A stretch of 13,767 bases of DNA. Source: Paraspadella gotoi (Eukaryota > Animalia > Chaetognatha). The stretch covers positions 1-13,767 of the forward strand of contig JBJCIZ010001207.1 in NCBI GenBank assembly GCA_051294375.1, read 5' to 3'. The notes beneath the pieces were generated by a model that searched no databases, had not been told where the DNA came from, and saw only the letters and a program-made list of their open reading frames with translations. The position numbers and the translations under genes were made by a program. Numbering within the stretch: position 1 is the first letter of the stretch; each line of letters opens with the position of its first letter. This document shows, piece by piece, positions 8,076 to 13,767 of this stretch.

Positions 8076-8984
8076 AAAAGGTCGGGTGCTTTTAGTCGGG
8101 ATAAGAGAGATAAGGTGCTCAAGTTTTTCAACGGATGCAAGAGAAAAAAAAAACGCGCCGTGTTTAAAACGTTTCCCAAAAGGATGAGTAGGTATAGTAG
8201 AAGAATATTTGGTTTTGGAAAAGTCACCGGTCTTTGCCTAAAATTCATTTTTAGATATAGAGAACTTCACACCAGGTGGAATATCATTGCGTGGCAACAC
8301 AGTTTTTATTGGATAGAGCTTAGATTCTTCCATCTTCGTCTTCCTTTATTGACTCATTCAGTTTTCTTCATTCACATTCAGGACCAATTTTTCCGATGCT
8401 TTCCCGCCTGATCCATTCTGGCGACTTCGAGACTCCGACTGCACTAATGCTCTAAACGTTCTATTATTTAACGTATATACTCTGTTTACTTCACTGGAGG
8501 CTTTTACCAAAACCGCGTTTGACTAAACCCAATGATTTACACAAACCAGAACGACGATCACAATTCCTCGATCTTCGCCTCTTTTTATTTTCCTCAGAAT
8601 CAAATTCGGATATTTGAATATTTAAATTTGAAATATTTCGCCGCGCATTATGATTATTTACTCTCGACGGCGATTCAGTTGGGTTAATCATAGACTTTTT
8701 CAGAAAAAATTATGTTAAAATACGTAAAAAGCAATTTTTTTCCCCAATATCTTACGAATCACCCAATATTATTTTAAACATTGACCTAACTCCAATTCCG
8801 TTAGACTATATGGACTACATGACTTATCTTTTTTAAAGGGTATTTAAATTTTATAAGAAATTCAGAGATAAAAAACAAATCGAGAGATAAAAAAAGTATT
8901 AAATAACCACAATATCCTCTAAAAAATTTACTAAGCGCGAAGTAAGTTCTCGGTGGAAACTGAGTCAAAGTCGAGTTGGAACTT

Positions 8985-9355
8985 TTTCGATTATCGCAAA
9001 TTTTGAGACAGATAAGAGGTGAGTTGACTTGACTCGTCGTCGTCGCGTGTCGTCGCGGTCGTCGTCGTCGGTTCGGTCGTCGCTCGTCGTCGTCGGTCGT
9101 GTCGGTTCGTCGTGCGTTCGGTTCTGTCGTCGTCGTCGTCGTCGGCGGTATTGAGTCCTTTTTGAGGTTTCGTTTTCGCGACGTTTGTCTCCTGATAACG
9201 AAAAAGCTGAGAGTCACGATCACCAAAGTCAGTAATTTAAATCACTCAGTCAATGAAATCATGAATTGATTACGAGATGTAAATATGGAAATTATCTCAT
9301 TTTTTGATATGTTCTCAAAGGCAACTTGCTATTTCTCTTATCTTACGATAACCAA
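8985..9355 (+). mobile_element. Candidate non-autonomous Helentron/HINE-like element carrying the (GTC)n tract; boundaries approximate
   Basis: The microsatellite is bracketed by a 9-bp inverted repeat, AGATAAGAG (9010-9018) / CTCTTATCT (9335-9343). Each copy overlaps a TTATC...GATAA fold-back (8991-9015 and 9338-9351), and the upstream flank is T-rich. Confidence 0.38.
9034..9144. repeat. Imperfect (GTC)n microsatellite
   Basis: About 110 bp of TCG/GTC units with GGTC/GTTC variants inside AT-rich DNA. Confidence 0.92.
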
Positions 9356-12300
9356 AATTATATTAATCAGTTATTAACCGCCCAAATTAATGAAAAAAGA
9401 CACAATATGAATTGGATAGCTCACATTTGAGGAGAGCCGCTATTGGTGTCAGCGTTATGTACTTTTTGGGAACCTTAGTCAAGATAATATGAACTAAATG
9501 CATTTGCAAGAATTGATCCCCCAATTGTATTTAGTCATGTCACGGTTATTTATTCTCCGTTAATAATAAATCAAGCGGATCTAACGCCCAGGTTGCACGC
9601 TATCTAGTAATTCATTTGACTCCTATGAGCTTTGCTCATTCCGAAAATAATACATAACAAATGCTGTCAAATATCGCAAGAGAGACAATAGAACCAAGAG
9701 CACGCTATCCTCACACCGACGCCTCATCGCGACGGCTTGAACTCGTTTAGATACGATATCAAGATAGAGCAGCGCCAACAAAAAGAGAGTAAAAAAAAAT
9801 ATAGATATTTGAAAGCAAAACCAAGAAAAATAAAAAAAAGTGCTTAAACAATTGTTACAAATTGGAAATTACTTAGATTAGATATTTACCAATTGTGAAG
9901 TCTTTAAGTTAACAAAGAGTGTAGTGAAAATCTAGAGTATAAGTCTTCTCATCTACTCAAGATCAATAAAATTACAAACTGGTACATATTGATCTCAAGT
10001 ATACGGATCGTATTCCCTCTTCGATATGATATGTATATCTACAGAGAAAATTATGATAATAAGGAATTCCAGATATAATTTATGATATATCTCTGCCCCT
10101 ATTAAAAATATACGTTCCCTTAATTTCTTAATATTATGAGTATCATTTAGATCTGGCAGATATAAAATATCAATAATAGAGAAAGTCGAGAGATATCAAA
10201 AAACATCGAGAACCAATAAAACTCTTGGTGTTTAAACACTTTTATAATAGAAACATGCTCGAAATATAGAAAAAGCTTATCATTGCAAGAGAATGAGAAG
10301 ACAACTTTTAATCTAACGCACATCCTTTTGATACATAGTCTATAACGTAATTTAATTAAAAAAAATAAACAATTCGTATATGGAGCATTCGCACAAGTTC
10401 TGCCGCTATATAAACGCGTAATGTTGTACATAATTGAAAAGAAAGAGCGCGACCACAACCGGCAGACGTGTGACACATCTTCGCGAGATTTATATAAAGT
10501 AAATTAGTCCAGTGCAAGAACTACATCGCGCGTAAAATTAAAAAATTGCTCAAGGGTTCGACAGTGCCACACAGTTTTCCACGAAGCGTTATTGAATCGA
10601 GGTCTTTTCTCTGAAGTATCGGCTTATAGCCAAAGACAAAGGTTTGAAATCGGAAAATGTGGATAAGATGTCTTCACTCTGAAGAAGGGCATCCCTTTCC
10701 GATCACTCTCAGCCTACCTTATCTTAAACTTTTCTACCATTAGTCTAGGCAATGTGGAAAGGAAATTAGTTGAATCAGGCGGAACTTAGGTCTCATCCTC
10801 TCTTCGGCGTCTCTCTCTCTTCTTCTCATATCAGTTTTCAATGTGGTAATGACTTATTAAAGGCCTTCACTTAAACGGTATATGATTCAAAGTGGAGGAG
10901 GCAGAACGTATGATAAGTAATACTTATTTTTCTGTGTCAATTCCTGGAGGTCGGAACTTTGCATGGGAGAAGATGTTCTGATTCTTTGTTTTTCACGAAT
11001 GAGATCTGAGCCAATCGTCGCGAATGAACTTTTGTAGAACTTTAAACTAAAAGTGAGTATAAAATGTGGCGCTGCTATCACTTTGATAATAACTTACAAC
11101 ATGTATCTATCGCTTCACTGCGTTATAATATGAGAATATATACTCATTATTTTTTATTTACATTTTACATTTTTAATTAAAATTGACTCAGTTGTTCCGA
11201 AAGCTCGAGTTTTGACGTGCATTAAAATAAAGCTGAAGAATCGGAAAATTAAGACGCAAAACGAGTTTATGCTGCGATAATCTGGGCCTTTGATCGACCG
11301 AGCGTCGTAGGAGGGCGCGAAGTTTAAAAGTGAACGTACTGTGCGACCCGTAGGGCAAGGGCGTGAATCTGACCTGTATGCCTGGCATTGCGAATAACGT
11401 AACTATCCGTGCGTGACGGACAATATTCCAATTAATACGCTTCTCTCCGAACATAAATTACATAGTCGTCAGTTTCTTAACATAAGTCATTAATCTATAG
11501 CGTGAGACGAGTACTTTTTGCCTCCACTCGGCATGAATCATTGTTCTGTATATATTCTAAGCATATAATGAAGGAAAAACTTTTTCCAAAAAAACTGGAT
11601 TTTTTAGATCATTCTGTTCGGCCCTGATTTTAAAGCTCTGACTTAAGTTTGTACAGAACGAATAGAGAACAAGAAAAATAAAAATCGGATACAATACAAA
11701 GAGGAACGATACCTGTCTCTGCTCTGGACCTATTTCGCGTCTGCAGAGAGTATGAGATGGAATTCGATCCTCCTCGTATGAGCATAATTTCCTGGCAGCC
11801 CGTATCCAGCTCTCTCAATAAGGAAGGCAGATGGAGAAAAGGGAAGTTAATGGTGAAAATTACCACAAGACTTCAGTTTAGGATGATTATTTAAGTTGAC
11901 CTTATTTTTTCATGTCGAAAATATAATTATTGGGCAGATTATACAAGATATGAGTCGCACAATCACAACAACGCATAAATGTCTACCACTGAAGCATAAC
12001 ACAACGCACCACAGTCTCCACTGCGAACTCAGAAATATCGATCATACAAACATATCCACCACCAACCACACCGCCTAATAGGTGGTAGCTACCAAATTCG
12101 TACCCCATACGCATGAATAGATAACTTAACATCAACGGAAACTAACGACGAAGCAACGAGCCAATGCATTAATTAAGCAGAAAGCAAATTATAACGAATG
12201 GCAAAGAAGTAGAGATAGTGTAGATAGAGGAAAAATAAGGATACAAATAAAAACAATAGGAAATATATTTATAGAGCGCGAGAAAAAGATAGAGTATAAA

Positions 12301-13767
12301 AGAAACATCGAGAGAAGAGAGATGAACAAATTTAAATACATGAAAGAAAGTAGAGTATGAAGCGAGAATAACGTATAAGAAGAATAAAGAAATAGATCAG
12401 ACAGATACGAATGAAAGTTTAAGGCTAAATAACTAAAATACCAAATCTTGTAGATAGTATCATACAAGTTAGCCTGTACTCCCATGAAACTTCTCATTCC
12501 AACCGCTCTGGATTCCGAAAAATAACGTGCTTTCATGAATTAGGTAAAAGAGCCCGCCACTAAATAATATTGCTCATATTACTAAGAAAAGAAATGAGAT
12601 ATTTAGAGCTCCGGCTATGGAGTCAAGTTAATAGCCTCGAAACACTATGCAGGAGAAAATAACCGATGCGTTCTCAATGCTCTCTGCATAAGTTTTTCAA
12701 AATGTTTTTCCTAGAACGATTTGGTGCCTTTCCGTTCCATAATCACTAGGAGATTTTTATAATCATATACTCAATATACATAGAATTCTATGAGGTTGTA
12801 CGGCTGGAGAGCTTTGTAATTTGTCTTATTTTGATCAACTCAGTCTTCTTATGATTATTGATCTGTGTACTTTTCATCTCTCATCTCTATACTTACATCT
12901 AATAACAATAATCATACATTCATACATCAAATCCTCGGTACAACTACTCCTACTTCTCTGTCTAACTCTCTCGTATTCCTCTATTCTCTCTTCTTTCCAA
13001 ATACTACATTTCACTTCTCTCTTCAAAACTTCGGATTCCATCCCGGTTCGTCGCGCTTCGGGAGTGAGCGAGAATAAGGCAATCTGGGTACAGATTAATT
13101 CAAACTTATCTCGATTGCATATAATATTATACTGATTAAACAGTTTTAATTGATCTAATATACAAGAGTCATCTCGTATTGACCATCCCCCGGATCCTGT
13201 GATTATCCATGACATAGTATAAACTTAGTGAGTTATTCTTCTACCACCTCAGTTTACTTCTATATATCCTTAATAGTTTCCCATATTACTATTATAATTA
13301 TTCCAAATGATCTTCGTTAATTATTCATGGTAATAAATAGAAATGCATTATATTAAATACTATCTTCATTCATTACATATGGACTATTACTAACTAGTAG
13401 TAACTTTATCAGTCTGTCGCGTTATCTATACACTACATATCTCATCTCTCTTCTTCTTCCATGCGATCTCATTAGTCATGTGGTGATTTCGCACTTTCCT
13501 CTTCGAAGTATTCTCTCATACTCCTCTCATTGTCATCTCGCTTTGACTCTCTCCTATTATTCTTGTCTCTAACTTTTTGTAAAATCAATTATAATACTCA
13601 TGCATATCGATAGATCTTTATTTTATTGCTCATTGTCGTGTTCTCGGACAGTTTAATAGGTATTTTATGGAGATATCTATATGCTTGTTATTTTATTAAG
13701 GTCGTTTTTATATAACAAATAAGCTTTTCTCGTGGAAAAACATTTTATCATTCTAACGAAACATAGT

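Noticed and set aside
7944-9226. ORFs 7944-8411, 8015-8248, 8491-8691 and 8801-9226
   Set aside because: They are largely driven by CT and GTC low-complexity tracts and have no recognisable protein motifs.
12189-13215. Hydrophobic or charged ORFs 12189-12536, 12821-13135 and 12874-13215 as env or membrane proteins
   Set aside because: Their composition follows the purine/pyrimidine skew; no furin site, fusion peptide or other family motif was recognised.
1-13767. CRISPR arrays, rRNA/tRNA genes, prokaryotic operons, TSD of the Gypsy element
   Set aside because: No spaced direct repeats or RNA gene structures were seen and the context is eukaryotic. The TSD cannot be assessed because neither outer LTR end is in view.

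Overview
Eukaryotic (probably invertebrate) genomic DNA in two parts. Positions 1-~4800 are a GC-rich Ty3/Gypsy LTR retrotransposon on the minus strand with intact coding regions and the hallmarks of the CsRn1/Kabuki clade: a tRNA-Trp-like PBS (4781-4793), Gag with a CHCC knuckle (3528-4667), and pol in the order PR-RT-RNaseH-IN. The ORF track misses pol because its frame has no stop from 3600 to the window edge; I translated it by hand. Gag and pol are joined by a -1 frameshift signal (G GGA AAC plus a 12-bp stem-loop). Unusual points: the protease active site reads D-G-G instead of D-T/S-G; pol has a long disordered tail that reads through the PPT into the 3' LTR (starts at 40); and the 5' LTR is essentially absent, with a perfect 9-bp hairpin and AT-rich DNA in its place. 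Positions ~4830-13767 are AT-rich and contain no recognisable protein. They hold Helentron/DINE-like non-autonomous fragments with GTC/GTCC microsatellites, a candidate small spliced minus-strand gene with two 52-nt introns (~7292-7726), and probably decayed TE sequence from ~9650 onward. All calls are by eye; no database searches were run.
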